Source: Candidatus Poribacteria bacterium | GTDB lineage: Bacteria > Poribacteria > WGA-4E > PCPOR2b | DNA: 64,000 bases | Assembly (NCBI GenBank): GCA_965116925.1 | Contig: OZ220744.1 | Coordinates: 5,472,001 to 5,536,000 of the forward strand | Direction of reading: 5' to 3' | In this document: piece after piece, positions 18,458-28,850 of the stretch | Numbering within the stretch: position 1 is the first letter of the stretch | Layout of the letters: every line of letters starts with the position of its first letter | The notes under the pieces: generated by a model | Told to the model about the DNA's origin: nothing | The model's database searches: none | The model's input: the letters and a program-made list of their open reading frames with translations, nothing else | Translations under genes and position numbers: made by a program

Positions 18458-19270
18458 TTATGAAGTGCTAGCGTCGGCTTCAATGATTTCTAGTAACGTG
18501 GTGCGCCAGTTTTGGAGGTCCGACAGATTTTCTGTCAAGATGTCGTAGATCTCTTCTGGATTAACGCGATAATAGTGATGGACGACCAGATTCCGAAACC
18601 GCACCATTTCATCATAAATTGCTGTGGACGTTTGGTCAAGGTATCCGGCATCGGCAAGCACGACTGGAACCTGCCGATACGCATCGGCAGATGGTAATCC
18701 GAGTGAACGGATTACATAGAGGGAAATGTCTACCAACGCCTCAATGGAGATCTGAAGCAAATGGACTGCCGCTTCAAGATACCAGAACTCTGCCATGAAT
18801 TCATCGTAACTGAAACGACTCAATCTCTCAAGTTTACCTAAGTTCTCCTCAAATGTGTCAAAGTGGATCTGCACATCCTGTTTTCTCATCTGTCCATTCT
18901 CTATATATTCAGGCAGCCCCGCTTCGAGGCATTTGTATATGAGGTTGCGTTCATATTCCTTCCGTGCGCTTCTATCCGCCTCGTAGATCACCTTTCCAGT
19001 CTGCACCACCACTTGTTGAAACCAGAGCGGTTGATTCGTCAGATCTACCACATCTGCATTATCCTGCCCCACCACCGTAAACGCCTCATCAAGCAACCCT
19101 CCAATTAGGGTCCACCGCTTATCTTTGGGCCACTCCTCTGGTAGCAGCACAGCAAAGTCATAATCGCTGAAAGCATCGGTCTTTCCGCGGACCTGTGACC
19201 CGAAAAAGTAGGTCGCTACGATGCCGTCGGTTCCGGAAAAAATCTGTGCTAGCTGCTCTGTGTTGATCAT
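18458..19270 (-). CDS. Fused MNT nucleotidyltransferase - HEPN (DUF86/HepT) toxin-antitoxin protein
   Basis: N-terminal FGSQVRGKTDAFSDYDFAV (GSx10DxD) and C-terminal FRNLVVHHY (Rx4H-x-Y) in one uninterrupted frame. Confidence 0.85.
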   Translation of the reverse strand: MINTEQLAQIFSGTDGIVATYFFGSQVRGKTDAFSDYDFAVLLPEEWPKDKRWTLIGGLLDEAFTVVGQDNADVVDLTNQPLWFQQVVVQTGKVIYEADRSARKEYERNLIYKCLEAGLPEYIENGQMRKQDVQIHFDTFEENLGKLERLSRFSYDEFMAEFWYLEAAVHLLQISIEALVDISLYVIRSLGLPSADAYRQVPVVLADAGYLDQTSTAIYDEMVRFRNLVVHHYYRVNPEEIYDILTENLSDLQNWRTTLLEIIEADASTS

Positions 19271-19308
19271 GAGGCTGCCTCATATCGGCGTTCAGTTGGT
19301 ACGCAGTC

Positions 19309-19336
19309 GTAGGGAACGCAGATCTGCGTTCCCTAC
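19309..19336. repeat. Perfect 28-bp palindrome GTAGGGAACGCAGATCTGCGTTCCCTAC (copy 1)
   Basis: Identical copy at 23528-23555; GTAG ends are typical of REP elements. Confidence 0.85.
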
Positions 19337-20508
19337 TTGAACAACGCTCGGCGTATTTGTCTAACAGCTTGGCGGATGCGGTCTTCGTTTTCGACAAGTG
19401 CAATCCGAATATATCCCTCTCCGTTGTGACCAAACCCCGCGCCGGGAGAGACGCAAACTTCTGCTTCATCAAGCAGCTTCATTGCGAAATCCATCGAGCT
19501 CATGTGGCGATACGGTTCAGGGATCGGTGCCCAGACAAACATTGTCGCCTGCGGTTTTTGCACCTTCCAGCCGATTCGATTCAGTCCCTCTACCAGCACA
19601 TCGCGGCGATGTCGATAGGTTTCCGCATTTGCTTCCACAATATCGGTATCGGTTCGGAGTGCCATGATTGCAGCGACCTGAATGGGGGCAAAAATACCGT
19701 AGTCGTAATAGCCTTTGATTCGCGCCAATGCGTCAACTAGATCGCGGTTGCCGACAGCGAACCCACACCGCCAGCCTGCCATGTTGTAGGACTTCGATAG
19801 AGAGATAAATTCAACTCCAACATCTTTGGCACCCTTCGCCTGCAAAAAACTGGGTGCCTGATAGCCATCGAAAACGATGTCAGCATACGCGAGGTCATGG
19901 ATAACGATGATGTCGTTTCGTTTGGCAAAATCGACGATTTCTTCAAAGAAGGCGAGTTCGATTACTGCTCCCGTTGGGTTGTGCGGGAAACTCAAGATTA
20001 AGACTTTGGGTCTGGGCCAGATATCCCTCGAAATTTCGTCGAGGCTTGGCACAAACTGATTTTCTTCGCGTAACGGAAGACTGACGACGCTGCCGCCAGC
20101 GATAACAGTCGCGTAGATATGGATCGGAAACGTTGGGTTTGGAACAAGTGCCAGATCGCCTTCATCTATCAATGCGAGTGCGAGATGGGAAAGCCCCTCT
20201 TTAGTCCCAATCACCGAGATTGCTTCATGGTTGGGATCGATTTGGACGCCGAAACGGCGTTCATAGTACCAACTGACCTCACGACGCAGATTGAAAATCC
20301 CACGTGATGCAGAGTAGCGATGATGGCGGCCTTCTTGGGCAGCTTCGGTCAGCTTATCTACAATGTGCTGCGGGGTTGGTCTGTCAGGGTTGCCCATCCC
20401 CAGATCGATGACATCAATCCCCTGCTGTCGTCTTTCATGGGTCAACTGCTTGAGTTTACCGAACATGTAGGGCGGTAATCGGTTGAGTCGTTTTGAAAGT
20501 GCGTTCAT
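19333..20508 (-). CDS. Class I/II PLP aminotransferase (AlaC / LL-DAP aminotransferase-like)
   Basis: DLGMGNPD, FPHNPTG, HDLAY and SLSKSYNMAGWRCG motifs. Confidence 0.9.
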   Translation of the reverse strand: MNALSKRLNRLPPYMFGKLKQLTHERRQQGIDVIDLGMGNPDRPTPQHIVDKLTEAAQEGRHHRYSASRGIFNLRREVSWYYERRFGVQIDPNHEAISVIGTKEGLSHLALALIDEGDLALVPNPTFPIHIYATVIAGGSVVSLPLREENQFVPSLDEISRDIWPRPKVLILSFPHNPTGAVIELAFFEEIVDFAKRNDIIVIHDLAYADIVFDGYQAPSFLQAKGAKDVGVEFISLSKSYNMAGWRCGFAVGNRDLVDALARIKGYYDYGIFAPIQVAAIMALRTDTDIVEANAETYRHRRDVLVEGLNRIGWKVQKPQATMFVWAPIPEPYRHMSSMDFAMKLLDEAEVCVSPGAGFGHNGEGYIRIALVENEDRIRQAVRQIRRALFK

Positions 20509-20694
20509 AGTTGCTTACCTAAAAAGTTGTGCGAGTTTGGTAGCTATGCGGTGGCAGTGGAAAACGCAATGCGTCACATGGAAAAGGAAAGTACATCATG
20601 ACATTGTTAAGGAGTAAAACGTGAAACGTCAGAAAAAGTTTCCCGTTGATGCACTTGTGGACAGGCGTATTGCACATAGCATGTTACCACTTCC

Positions 20695-21453
20695 CTACAC
20701 CCCTGCAAAGCCTCGAATCTTTGGGACATCATCCGCCCACAACCCATCAATCTCATGCCGTAACAGCCACTTGACATCGCGCCGGTTCAGTACAAATCCG
20801 CCTTCGACAGCGATGCCTTTCGCTTTCAGGCGTCTAACCTTCCGGATCAATGAATGCGCAATAATATTGTAGAGACGAAAGTGATTAATTCGGCTCCAAC
20901 CGATAACAATCCGGTTCGCGTCAATAGCTTCTGCCTTCTTGAGGAGGTTCGCCATTGGGTTGATGATAATCGCGCTCGTCTGAATTTCAGGTTCGATCTG
21001 CTTTACTTGGACTAGCAATTCCCTACGCGAATAAAAGGTTAGAATACCGACCTTATCGACGAGATCAAATTGTTGGATGCGCTCAACTAAAAGTGGAATA
21101 AGACTTTTTGCATTCTCTTTCGGTTCGATGAAGCACGGCAATTCAGTCTCCTGAACGAAAGAGAGCACCTCATCAAGATGCGCCACAGGCTCAGGGGAAT
21201 CGAGAACCTTCAGTTTTTGGACATCCGTCCAGTTCAACTCGCTCAACGGAGATGTGCAGCCCGTTACCTCCTGAATGCTGTCCTCATTAAAACCGGTGTG
21301 GACGATAATCGGTTCCTGATCCTTGGTCAGGCGGACATCACACTCAAAGGCATCTGCGCCATCCTCAAATGCTTGCCTGAAGGAAACGATTGTATTTTCG
21401 GGGGCACGGTCTAGCCCGCCGCGATGAGCGAGTATTTTGATTTCGGTTTTCAT
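20695..21453 (-). CDS. Glycerophosphodiester phosphodiesterase
   Basis: AHRGG...PENT and ECDVRLTKD motifs. Confidence 0.88.
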   Translation of the reverse strand: MKTEIKILAHRGGLDRAPENTIVSFRQAFEDGADAFECDVRLTKDQEPIIVHTGFNEDSIQEVTGCTSPLSELNWTDVQKLKVLDSPEPVAHLDEVLSFVQETELPCFIEPKENAKSLIPLLVERIQQFDLVDKVGILTFYSRRELLVQVKQIEPEIQTSAIIINPMANLLKKAEAIDANRIVIGWSRINHFRLYNIIAHSLIRKVRRLKAKGIAVEGGFVLNRRDVKWLLRHEIDGLWADDVPKIRGFAGV

Positions 21454-21503
21454 GCGGACGTTCTGGATTTATCGGTTCAATCTCCCTGAGCGTTGGACAT
21501 CTT

Positions 21504-22235
21504 TCACGCTTCGCGCTTCTTATGCCATATCTTTTCAAACCGGTCCCGTGGAGCGAAACCGAGAATCCGTTTTGCTTTATGGTTGGTGAACCGCTGATGA
21601 GGGAGGTCGGTAAAGATACTAAACACCTCACACCGCGAGGGAAGCGTGTCGAGGTCAATTTCTAAGCCGAGGCGGAATGATTCCCCTGCATCCCGCCAAG
21701 ACACCGAAAACGGGGTGAGGTCTGCGCCTTCAGCCGGATCATCGTCAGGTCGGAAGTTGTAAAAGAGATAGCAGAGGACGTAGATATCGTAATTTTCAGT
21801 GAAGATTTTACAGATTTCCTGTCCAAGCCCTTTTGTGATTGGGTACAAACCTGTCCCCGGTTGGGGCGGAACGTCCGGATCTATCTCATAATCGTAGTGT
21901 TCGTAAGTTGGACCTGTGATTGTAAAATGGGGTCCCGTGTTGATAACCCGTCGGATACCGTGTCCAACCGCTGCTCGCATTGCGTTATAGCAACCGCGTG
22001 TGCTGACATCGAAAGCGAGTTGTCGGTCATGACGGAGGACAGAGCAGTTAATGATCGCATCCATCCCTTCCGCTGCCCGCATAACCTCGTCCAAAGATGA
22101 GACATCAACCTGCATCGATTCATGTTTCGTGTCAATCGGTGTGATATCTGTAATGCGGAGCTGATAGTATGGCTCCAACGCTTTTTCAACATGGGGACCG
22201 AGATAACCGTGTCCACCCAGAATCAATACCTTCAT
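21504..22235 (-). CDS. NAD-dependent epimerase/dehydratase (uronate dehydrogenase-like)
   Basis: GGHGYLG Rossmann motif and YPITK catalytic motif. Confidence 0.85.
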   Translation of the reverse strand: MKVLILGGHGYLGPHVEKALEPYYQLRITDITPIDTKHESMQVDVSSLDEVMRAAEGMDAIINCSVLRHDRQLAFDVSTRGCYNAMRAAVGHGIRRVINTGPHFTITGPTYEHYDYEIDPDVPPQPGTGLYPITKGLGQEICKIFTENYDIYVLCYLFYNFRPDDDPAEGADLTPFSVSWRDAGESFRLGLEIDLDTLPSRCEVFSIFTDLPHQRFTNHKAKRILGFAPRDRFEKIWHKKREA

Positions 22236-22245
22236 ATTTCACCTC

Positions 22246-22950
22246 CTATACCGAAAATTGTGGGTTAAATTCGAGCGATGCTTTTGCTTTGTTGATGAAA
22301 AAGCGCGAATTGGGGAATTCTGACTGGATATGATAGATTTCCCACCTTCTTTCACCGGAGGTGTTGAGAGCGCATTCAAAGGCGTGGATCGCATCGTTCA
22401 TCTCAAGCCACGTTGAGTCAAACGGTTGATTCGCCGCTGCCTCTGTTGTGACCAGTGTGCCGAGTCGGAGACAGGCGATTTTCATGTGCCCTTCGCGGGC
22501 GAACTCTCGACAGGTAAACTCACCGAGATATTTTGATAGAATTGACGCGTCCGTTGATGGACGCGGCCTCCACACTTCGGTGACTGTCCAATCTTCGTCG
22601 TGCGAATCAAAGAGGTGAAGGGTACTTGCATAGATTGCACGGGGAACGCTCTCTTCAACCGCTGCCATCAAGAGGTTATAGGTGCAGCGTGTCTGGAAGT
22701 CAATCTCTGAGTTTTCTGGTTGGTTCGATTCTGACAAAACGGAAGGCGGCATTTGTGCTACATGCACAATGGCGTCTATTCCCTGAACAAGTTTGTTTGT
22801 TGCCTCATCATGCCCAAGGTCGCTACGCACAAATTCAAGGTCGGTTTCGACATCAATTAGATCTGTCAAACGAATTTGATGCTCGCCGGACAATGCGCTG
22901 GCTAATCCTTGTGCCAGATCAGAAGCGGCTGAAGTGATAAGAATATTCAT
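22246..22950 (-). CDS. NAD-dependent epimerase/dehydratase paralog with degenerate motifs
   Basis: Same fold pattern (RLTD, DAIVH, YNLLMAA, CLRLG), but TSAASDLA replaces the Gly-rich loop and SILSK replaces YxxxK. Confidence 0.75.
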   Translation of the reverse strand: MNILITSAASDLAQGLASALSGEHQIRLTDLIDVETDLEFVRSDLGHDEATNKLVQGIDAIVHVAQMPPSVLSESNQPENSEIDFQTRCTYNLLMAAVEESVPRAIYASTLHLFDSHDEDWTVTEVWRPRPSTDASILSKYLGEFTCREFAREGHMKIACLRLGTLVTTEAAANQPFDSTWLEMNDAIHAFECALNTSGERRWEIYHIQSEFPNSRFFINKAKASLEFNPQFSV

Positions 22951-23101
22951 AGTGAGGTCTCCAACAGATAGTATGATCAGTGATCCACGAATGCTCCCGT
23001 TGGATTGAGTGGGTTTGAGGGGCACTGATAGTAAAAAGCGGGGTCAATATATCACAGGATTCAATCGAAGAACAAACAAAATCTCACTGCGGACTCGTGT
23101 C

Positions 23102-23452
23102 TTAGACCGTTGCCTCGACGGTAAACCCACCGACCAGCGAATAGTTAGCTGCATAATGGTGGAGTTTGGCGTTAATGTCCAATATCTCGTCCGGCGTGTG
23201 ATGTACGCCTTCTTTGGACCAGACCGCATTATTCGCCTCCACACTCGCCCAGAGGGTCATCCAGACATAGTCGTGTTCGGATTGTGCGACGCCGGCGAGG
23301 TCTCCCTTGTAACCCTTAAGTAATTCGACATTAAGACAGTTAGGGAGCGATCGAATTGTGGGTAGAAATTGATGCAGCATGAAATCCTCAAACTGTTCGC
23401 GTTCAACATTCTGTTTGAGTTCAATTGTGTGAATGGCGCGAAAATGTGACAT
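23102..23452 (-). CDS. Hypothetical protein, dimeric alpha-beta barrel (Dabb/ABM-like)
   Basis: Start MSHFRAIH after AAGGAG; pattern ELK..V...FE.F...LLKG..G...YVW...W.SVEA. Confidence 0.6.
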   Translation of the reverse strand: MSHFRAIHTIELKQNVEREQFEDFMLHQFLPTIRSLPNCLNVELLKGYKGDLAGVAQSEHDYVWMTLWASVEANNAVWSKEGVHHTPDEILDINAKLHHYAANYSLVGGFTVEATV

Positions 23453-23527
23453 TTCGTACTCCTTTACCAAAACAATAAAAATGGGAAAGCAAAATATGGC
23501 TATGCTTTCCCATGGATTCGACTGCAA

Positions 23528-23555
23528 GTAGGGAACGCAGATCTGCGTTCCCTAC
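23528..23555. repeat. Perfect 28-bp palindrome GTAGGGAACGCAGATCTGCGTTCCCTAC (copy 2)
   Basis: Identical to 19309-19336; lies just after the ino1 stop. Confidence 0.85.
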
Positions 23556-23563
23556 GTTACTCC

Positions 23564-24634
23564 TTATCTGCCACCGATAAAATCTTCCACCATTGCTAAG
23601 GCTTCGGCGTCAGCATACTGACGCGGTGGCGACTTCATAAAATAGGCACTTGGACCGTAGAGTGCACCACTAATGCCCCGGTCTCGCGCAATTTTGCAAC
23701 AGCGAATTGCATCAATCGCTACCCCCGCCGAATTGGGCGAATCCCATACCTCTAATTTGACTTCAGCCCGGACCGGAATATCACCGAATTCCGTTCCTTC
23801 GATATAGAGATAGCACCATTTCCGATCTTCGAGGAAGGGCACATAATCGCTGGGCCCAATGTAGACATTTTTCGGTGCGACCTCATGGTTGAGTTGGGAA
23901 ACGACCGCATCTGTTTTGGAGATGCGTTTGGATTCCAACCGTTCCTTTTCCAGCATGTTTTTGAAGTCCATATTTCCGCCAACGTTCAATTGAGAGGTAC
24001 GTTCAAGTTTCACGCCGCGATCACTCATCAATTTTGCAAGAGCCCGGTGAACGATAGTGGCTCCGAATTGCGCCTTAATATCGTCTCCAACGATGGGCAA
24101 GCCAGCCGCTTCAAACTTTGCACGCCATTCGTCATTTTTCGCAATGAATACGGGCATACAATTCACAACAGCACAACCGGCGTCCAACGCCTGTGCCACA
24201 TACCATTTCGTTGCTGCTTCACTGCCAACAGGTAAATAATTGATGAGAATATCGGCTTGCGTTTCGCGTAGAATCTCAGCGACATCAACGACTTCAGCAG
24301 GCGATTCATCGACTGTCTCATGGTAGTATTTAGCAAATCCATCCATCGTGGCGCCACGCTGGACAATCACACCGGTCTTTGGCACGTCTGAGAATTTTAT
24401 AGTGTTATTAATTTCGGCAAAAATCGCATCGGCAACATCAAGTCCGACTTTGTTCTTATCGACATCAAAAGCTGCAACAACTTTAACATCACTCACATGG
24501 TAGGGTCCGAACTTAACGTGCATCAGACCGGGAACGAACTCATCGTCTTTGGCATTTCGATAGTATTCAATACCTTGAAGCAAAGAAGATGCACAGTTTC
24601 CGATACCCACAACGGCAACGCGAATTTCAGGCAT
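23564..24634 (-). CDS. ino1: Myo-inositol-1-phosphate synthase
   Basis: [34 protein letters not shown] and VWDSPNSAG motifs. Confidence 0.95.
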   Translation of the reverse strand: MPEIRVAVVGIGNCASSLLQGIEYYRNAKDDEFVPGLMHVKFGPYHVSDVKVVAAFDVDKNKVGLDVADAIFAEINNTIKFSDVPKTGVIVQRGATMDGFAKYYHETVDESPAEVVDVAEILRETQADILINYLPVGSEAATKWYVAQALDAGCAVVNCMPVFIAKNDEWRAKFEAAGLPIVGDDIKAQFGATIVHRALAKLMSDRGVKLERTSQLNVGGNMDFKNMLEKERLESKRISKTDAVVSQLNHEVAPKNVYIGPSDYVPFLEDRKWCYLYIEGTEFGDIPVRAEVKLEVWDSPNSAGVAIDAIRCCKIARDRGISGALYGPSAYFMKSPPRQYADAEALAMVEDFIGGR

Positions 24635-24743
24635 TTTAATAATCCTCCTTGTATCTGTTCAAATCACCACATTATCGATTTGGTTCATTATAACATGAGT
24701 GGATATAAATTTCCATCTGTATTTGATGGATTCGAGTTGGATG

Positions 24744-26216
24744 TCACATCGGATCCAGTGGAAAGATTGGTCTTCGCACGTTTTGATAGGTAAAATGCAG
24801 CGGATTCACCGCTGTTAGTCCGGGGGTATCAACTTCAATAATTTTCCCCGCGATAGGTTCGTAAGCTGCACGATAGGCGATGGCAGCCTTGACAACGATA
24901 TGCTTCATCTGCCGTGGATCAATTCCCAAGCTGAAAAGTTGATGTAGACTGAATGGCACTTGGCGTTTGCTCGTTAGCACAATCAGGCTCTTCCCTTCAA
25001 TTTCGACAACTGCTGTGATGCCCTGATCTTGGTATCGTCCACCGCCGTGCCGAGGCTCTGTCTCCTCGTAGCAGCCATCGTGGATGAGACGGACATGCCC
25101 ACATATTGGGACTGGTGAGCCGTGTAGGTCGTCCGATTTCCCGCCGACGGTCAGGTCAACCTCCCCGCGAACCCCCGCCTGAATACACGCCTCCACCTCC
25201 TGTGGAGCGTAGAGGATACAGACGAATCCGTCCGCTTTCTGCTTTAACAACTCACTCAAAATGAACGTGCTGTCTCCCGGCGAACCACCTCCGATGTTAT
25301 CTCCCATCTCGACCAGTATGACAGGGTGTGACTCGCTCTGCATTGCTTGCGTGACCGCCGCTGCTGCATCTGGAAGGTTGATGTCCAACTGATTGTGCAC
25401 ATTCCACAGCATGTTCGATAACCCCTCGGCTTCTGTTTGGGCGAGTTGTGAGTTGTTATCGGTCACAACGACAGCGGCGGGACCGACCTCATGGACATCG
25501 GCGTATGGGTATCCTGCCGCAATGTTTGCCACAAGAACGTTAGATCTGGTTTCTAGCTGCGCTGCTTCCTGAAGGATTGGGAGCATCGGCTCGACACTGG
25601 TGTATTGATGCCGGATATTGAAAATCATCGGCGGCTTTGCGAGGGCTTGCGTTGGCTTAATTTCCCTATTAACTGTGCGCCTCAGAATCTCTGCGGCTTG
25701 GAGTCCTCGCTGACGTTGATCGACGTGTGGATTCGTTTTGTAGATGACCAGTGCCGTTGATTCAGCGACCATCTGCTCGGAGACATTGGTGTGGTGGTCG
25801 AGCGTGGAGACAATAGGAAAATCGGCTCCCAATGCCCGGCGCATCCGGCGGAGCACCTCACCATCGCCATCGGGGTAGCTTTCAACGACCATCGCACCGT
25901 GCAGGGCAAGTAATACGCCATCAAGATTGGGCACTGACTGAATGCGCTGGATGAGTTCGGCAACAGTTTCATTAAAAAACGCATCCGTCACTCTGCCTGC
26001 CGGTGTCGCTGCAGCCATCAGGGTTGGGCGTAAATCCCAGTTGTATGTTGATGCCCCTTCGATAAAACCGCCAATCTCATGATGGGATTCTCCCCAGATA
26101 TCGAGGATATCGTTACCAAAGATCAGATACCCGGACTCAAATGCAGCACGGTCTGTCGGCACGTTACTGAATGTGTTAGATTCGTGCAAGATCCCCCCAA
26201 TTGCGATGGTTGCCAT
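24744..26216 (-). CDS. M81 family metallopeptidase (MlrC-like)
   Basis: HESNTFS, LHGAMV, DHHTN, NPHVD and GDNIGGGSPGD motifs. Confidence 0.92.
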   Translation of the reverse strand: MATIAIGGILHESNTFSNVPTDRAAFESGYLIFGNDILDIWGESHHEIGGFIEGASTYNWDLRPTLMAAATPAGRVTDAFFNETVAELIQRIQSVPNLDGVLLALHGAMVVESYPDGDGEVLRRMRRALGADFPIVSTLDHHTNVSEQMVAESTALVIYKTNPHVDQRQRGLQAAEILRRTVNREIKPTQALAKPPMIFNIRHQYTSVEPMLPILQEAAQLETRSNVLVANIAAGYPYADVHEVGPAAVVVTDNNSQLAQTEAEGLSNMLWNVHNQLDINLPDAAAAVTQAMQSESHPVILVEMGDNIGGGSPGDSTFILSELLKQKADGFVCILYAPQEVEACIQAGVRGEVDLTVGGKSDDLHGSPVPICGHVRLIHDGCYEETEPRHGGGRYQDQGITAVVEIEGKSLIVLTSKRQVPFSLHQLFSLGIDPRQMKHIVVKAAIAYRAAYEPIAGKIIEVDTPGLTAVNPLHFTYQNVRRPIFPLDPM

Positions 26217-26396
26217 AATTGTTTCTTTCTCCCGAAAATAAATTGCGATTGAATTTCCCCAATATCTATGCTATTATTGGTACGGTTATCAGTTGGCTTA
26301 GTTCAAACAGATATTATATCAGTTTTTGAAAAATGATGCAAAGGGGCAAATAGATGACAGTTTGCTCTGGCGCAAATTTTCTTACGAGGTGATTCC

Positions 26397-27296
26397 ATGA
26401 AAGTCGCTTATGCGTTTCGTCGAGGGGTATTGTACCCGCATCAAGACGCAGGCATCGGATCAAAGGAACATCGCAGCGCATTTTTGAAAAAAGCAAGAGA
26501 GATCGGCTTTGAGGGCATTGAATTGGGTGCCAGCGTATTGGACCAACCGGACGTCGCATCCCTCCGATCGGAACTTGAAGATGCCGGCATGCCGTGTGTC
26601 GCTATACGCGGTGGAGGCAGCTTTATCAATCCACTTACCGCAAACAAAGCAAGCAATCAGTGGGAGCAAATTATCGGTTTTGCTGCACAGATTGGTGCTG
26701 GGGTGGTTAATTCAACAATTGGCGGTAGCCCGGCCCCAGATCCGCGGGGAATCGGCACATATCGCGGGGAACGGATATCCCAAGGGTCTAGCCGGACTGC
26801 AAGAGCAGAGGATTATGAACGCACCGCCCGTGGACTCGCTGGGGCTGCGAAGGTCGCCGCCGATCAGGGACTGGAACTTTCGATTGAGATCCACCAGAAC
26901 ACGATAGTTGATAACAGTTCAACTGCTTTACATCTGCTAGAACTCATTGATCAACCCAACGTCGGTATCAACCCTGACCTCGGCAATATCTATTGGACCT
27001 ATGACATCCCAGAGGAATCGTGCGAAGATGCCATTGCTGCTCTCGCACCGCATTGCAATTATTGGCACTGTAAGAATCTGAATCGCGTCCATATCCCCGA
27101 TCTTGAAAAGTCGATCCTGTTGCAAGCCCCGATTCCCGATGGTGACATCGACTATCGGTTCGCAATCTCAGCGATGTTGGATGCAGATTACAGCGGTTAT
27201 CTCGCCATCGAAGGGATGCGTCTCGGCGATCAATTCCACGGTGATGAAAAAAGTGTCGCCTATGTGAAATCGGTGGCGGCAGAGTTAGGCGGATAA
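26397..27296 (+). CDS. Sugar phosphate isomerase/epimerase (xylose isomerase-like TIM barrel)
   Basis: GFEGIEL, IEIH, NPDLGN, HCKN, GDIDY and AIEG motifs. Confidence 0.85.
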   Translation: MKVAYAFRRGVLYPHQDAGIGSKEHRSAFLKKAREIGFEGIELGASVLDQPDVASLRSELEDAGMPCVAIRGGGSFINPLTANKASNQWEQIIGFAAQIGAGVVNSTIGGSPAPDPRGIGTYRGERISQGSSRTARAEDYERTARGLAGAAKVAADQGLELSIEIHQNTIVDNSSTALHLLELIDQPNVGINPDLGNIYWTYDIPEESCEDAIAALAPHCNYWHCKNLNRVHIPDLEKSILLQAPIPDGDIDYRFAISAMLDADYSGYLAIEGMRLGDQFHGDEKSVAYVKSVAAELGG

Positions 27297-27304
27297 ATTC
27301 AGCC

Positions 27305-27340
27305 ATGAGTAAATGGGCTACAGACTGCCCATTTACTCAT
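27305..27340 (+). terminator. 14-bp perfect hairpin after the isomerase gene
   Basis: ATGAGTAAATGGGC-N8-GCCCATTTACTCAT followed by a T-rich tract. Confidence 0.5.
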
Positions 27341-27386
27341 TTACTTTCCTACTTGGGGGATCATACATGCCCAGCAAAGGAACTCT

Positions 27387-27917
27387 ATGGACAAAAGAGA
27401 TCTTGCAAAACAGATTAAAGCCGCTTCGTATTTGACAGGACAATTCAAATTGCGGTCTGGACAAATCAGCTCGTTCTATTGGGATAAGTACCGCTTTGAA
27501 AGTAATCCGATCATATTGGATGCAATTGTGGATGAGTTGCAGAAATTGTTACCCTCTTCTTTTGATAAACTTGCCGGTTTAGAGTTGGGTGGCGTTCCGC
27601 TTGCGACCGGACTGTCCTTCAAGACGGGAAAACCGTGTCTATATGTCCGTAAAGAAGCCAAGACCTATGGCACCTGTAATTTGGTAGAGGGTGGATTTCA
27701 AGCGGGTGATGCGGCATTGGTGATAGAGGATGTGGTTACAACTGCTGGACAGATACGAACCTCCGTATCCCAAATGCGGGAGCTTGGACTAAAGATTGAG
27801 CATGCTTTTTGCGTCATCGATCGGGAGAGTGGTGGGCGTGAGAATCTGGCGGAGATTAGCTGTTCACTTACGTCGGTTTTTACGTTGACGGAGTTGGAGA
27901 AATTGGCACAGACATAA
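27387..27917 (+). CDS. pyrE: Orotate phosphoribosyltransferase
   Basis: FKLRSG..S.FY.D, VRKEAK.YG and PRPP-binding VIEDVVTTAG. Confidence 0.9.
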   Translation: MDKRDLAKQIKAASYLTGQFKLRSGQISSFYWDKYRFESNPIILDAIVDELQKLLPSSFDKLAGLELGGVPLATGLSFKTGKPCLYVRKEAKTYGTCNLVEGGFQAGDAALVIEDVVTTAGQIRTSVSQMRELGLKIEHAFCVIDRESGGRENLAEISCSLTSVFTLTELEKLAQT

Positions 27918-27990
27918 GTCCGATTGGTCAGAGCACTCCGGTGCCGGAATTTATCATTAAGGATTTACAAGATTTGATTGAGAGGCAATA

Positions 27991-28794
27991 TTGAAAATTC
28001 TATTTATTGGAGACATCGTTGGGTCCCCCGGACGGAAAGCACTTGCGAACCTCCTGCCATATCTGACTGAAAAGGCAGGCGGGTTCGATGCAGTCATCGT
28101 CAACGGGGAAAATGCCGCTGGCGGCAAAGGATTGACCCAATCGGTGCTCGACGAAATCCTAGATTTAGAGGTTGATGTCATAACGACCGGAAACCATGTC
28201 TGGGATAATCGTGACATCTTTAGGTTCATTGATACAGAGCCAAACCTAGTCCGTCCTGCGAATTTCCCGAAGGGAACGCCGGGACGGGGTTGGCTTGTCG
28301 CTACAGCAGCTTCAGGGACGCGGATCGGTGTGATGAATATCGCGGGACAGCTTTACATGGACAGCTACGAGAATCCGTTCCACACCTTTGATGCTATCTT
28401 CCCGCAGATCCAAGCGAAGACCCGCTTTATTCTGCTTGACTTCCATGCAGAAGCGACAGCTGAGAAGATTGCGATGGGTTGGTATGCGGACGGAAAGGTG
28501 AGTGCTGTTGTGGGCACCCATACCCATGTTCAGACAGCCGACGAACAGATTCTCCCGCAAGGCACCGCTTACATCACGGATGTCGGCATGACAGGTCCTC
28601 ACGACTCGGTAATTGGTATGAAAAAGGAAGAGGTAATTGAGCGTTTTCGGACAATGCTGCCCCGCCGTTACCAAGTCGCGGGCGGCAACATCATCCTCTG
28701 TGGGGTTATTTTGGAATTAGATGATGAGAGCGGCAAGGCACTCTCGATTCAGCGTATTCGTCTTCCAATGAGCGACGTGGTCAAGGCACAGTAG
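27991..28794 (+). CDS. ymdB: TIGR00282/YmdB metallophosphoesterase
   Basis: GDIVG, NGENAAGG, GNHVWD, DFHAEAT.EK and GTHTHVQTAD motifs; TTG start. Confidence 0.93.
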   Translation: MKILFIGDIVGSPGRKALANLLPYLTEKAGGFDAVIVNGENAAGGKGLTQSVLDEILDLEVDVITTGNHVWDNRDIFRFIDTEPNLVRPANFPKGTPGRGWLVATAASGTRIGVMNIAGQLYMDSYENPFHTFDAIFPQIQAKTRFILLDFHAEATAEKIAMGWYADGKVSAVVGTHTHVQTADEQILPQGTAYITDVGMTGPHDSVIGMKKEEVIERFRTMLPRRYQVAGGNIILCGVILELDDESGKALSIQRIRLPMSDVVKAQ

Positions 28795-28850
28795 TGAAGT
28801 CATCATATTTTTAGGTTGGCTCATCTAGAAAGAAAGTGCAGAGCATGAAG

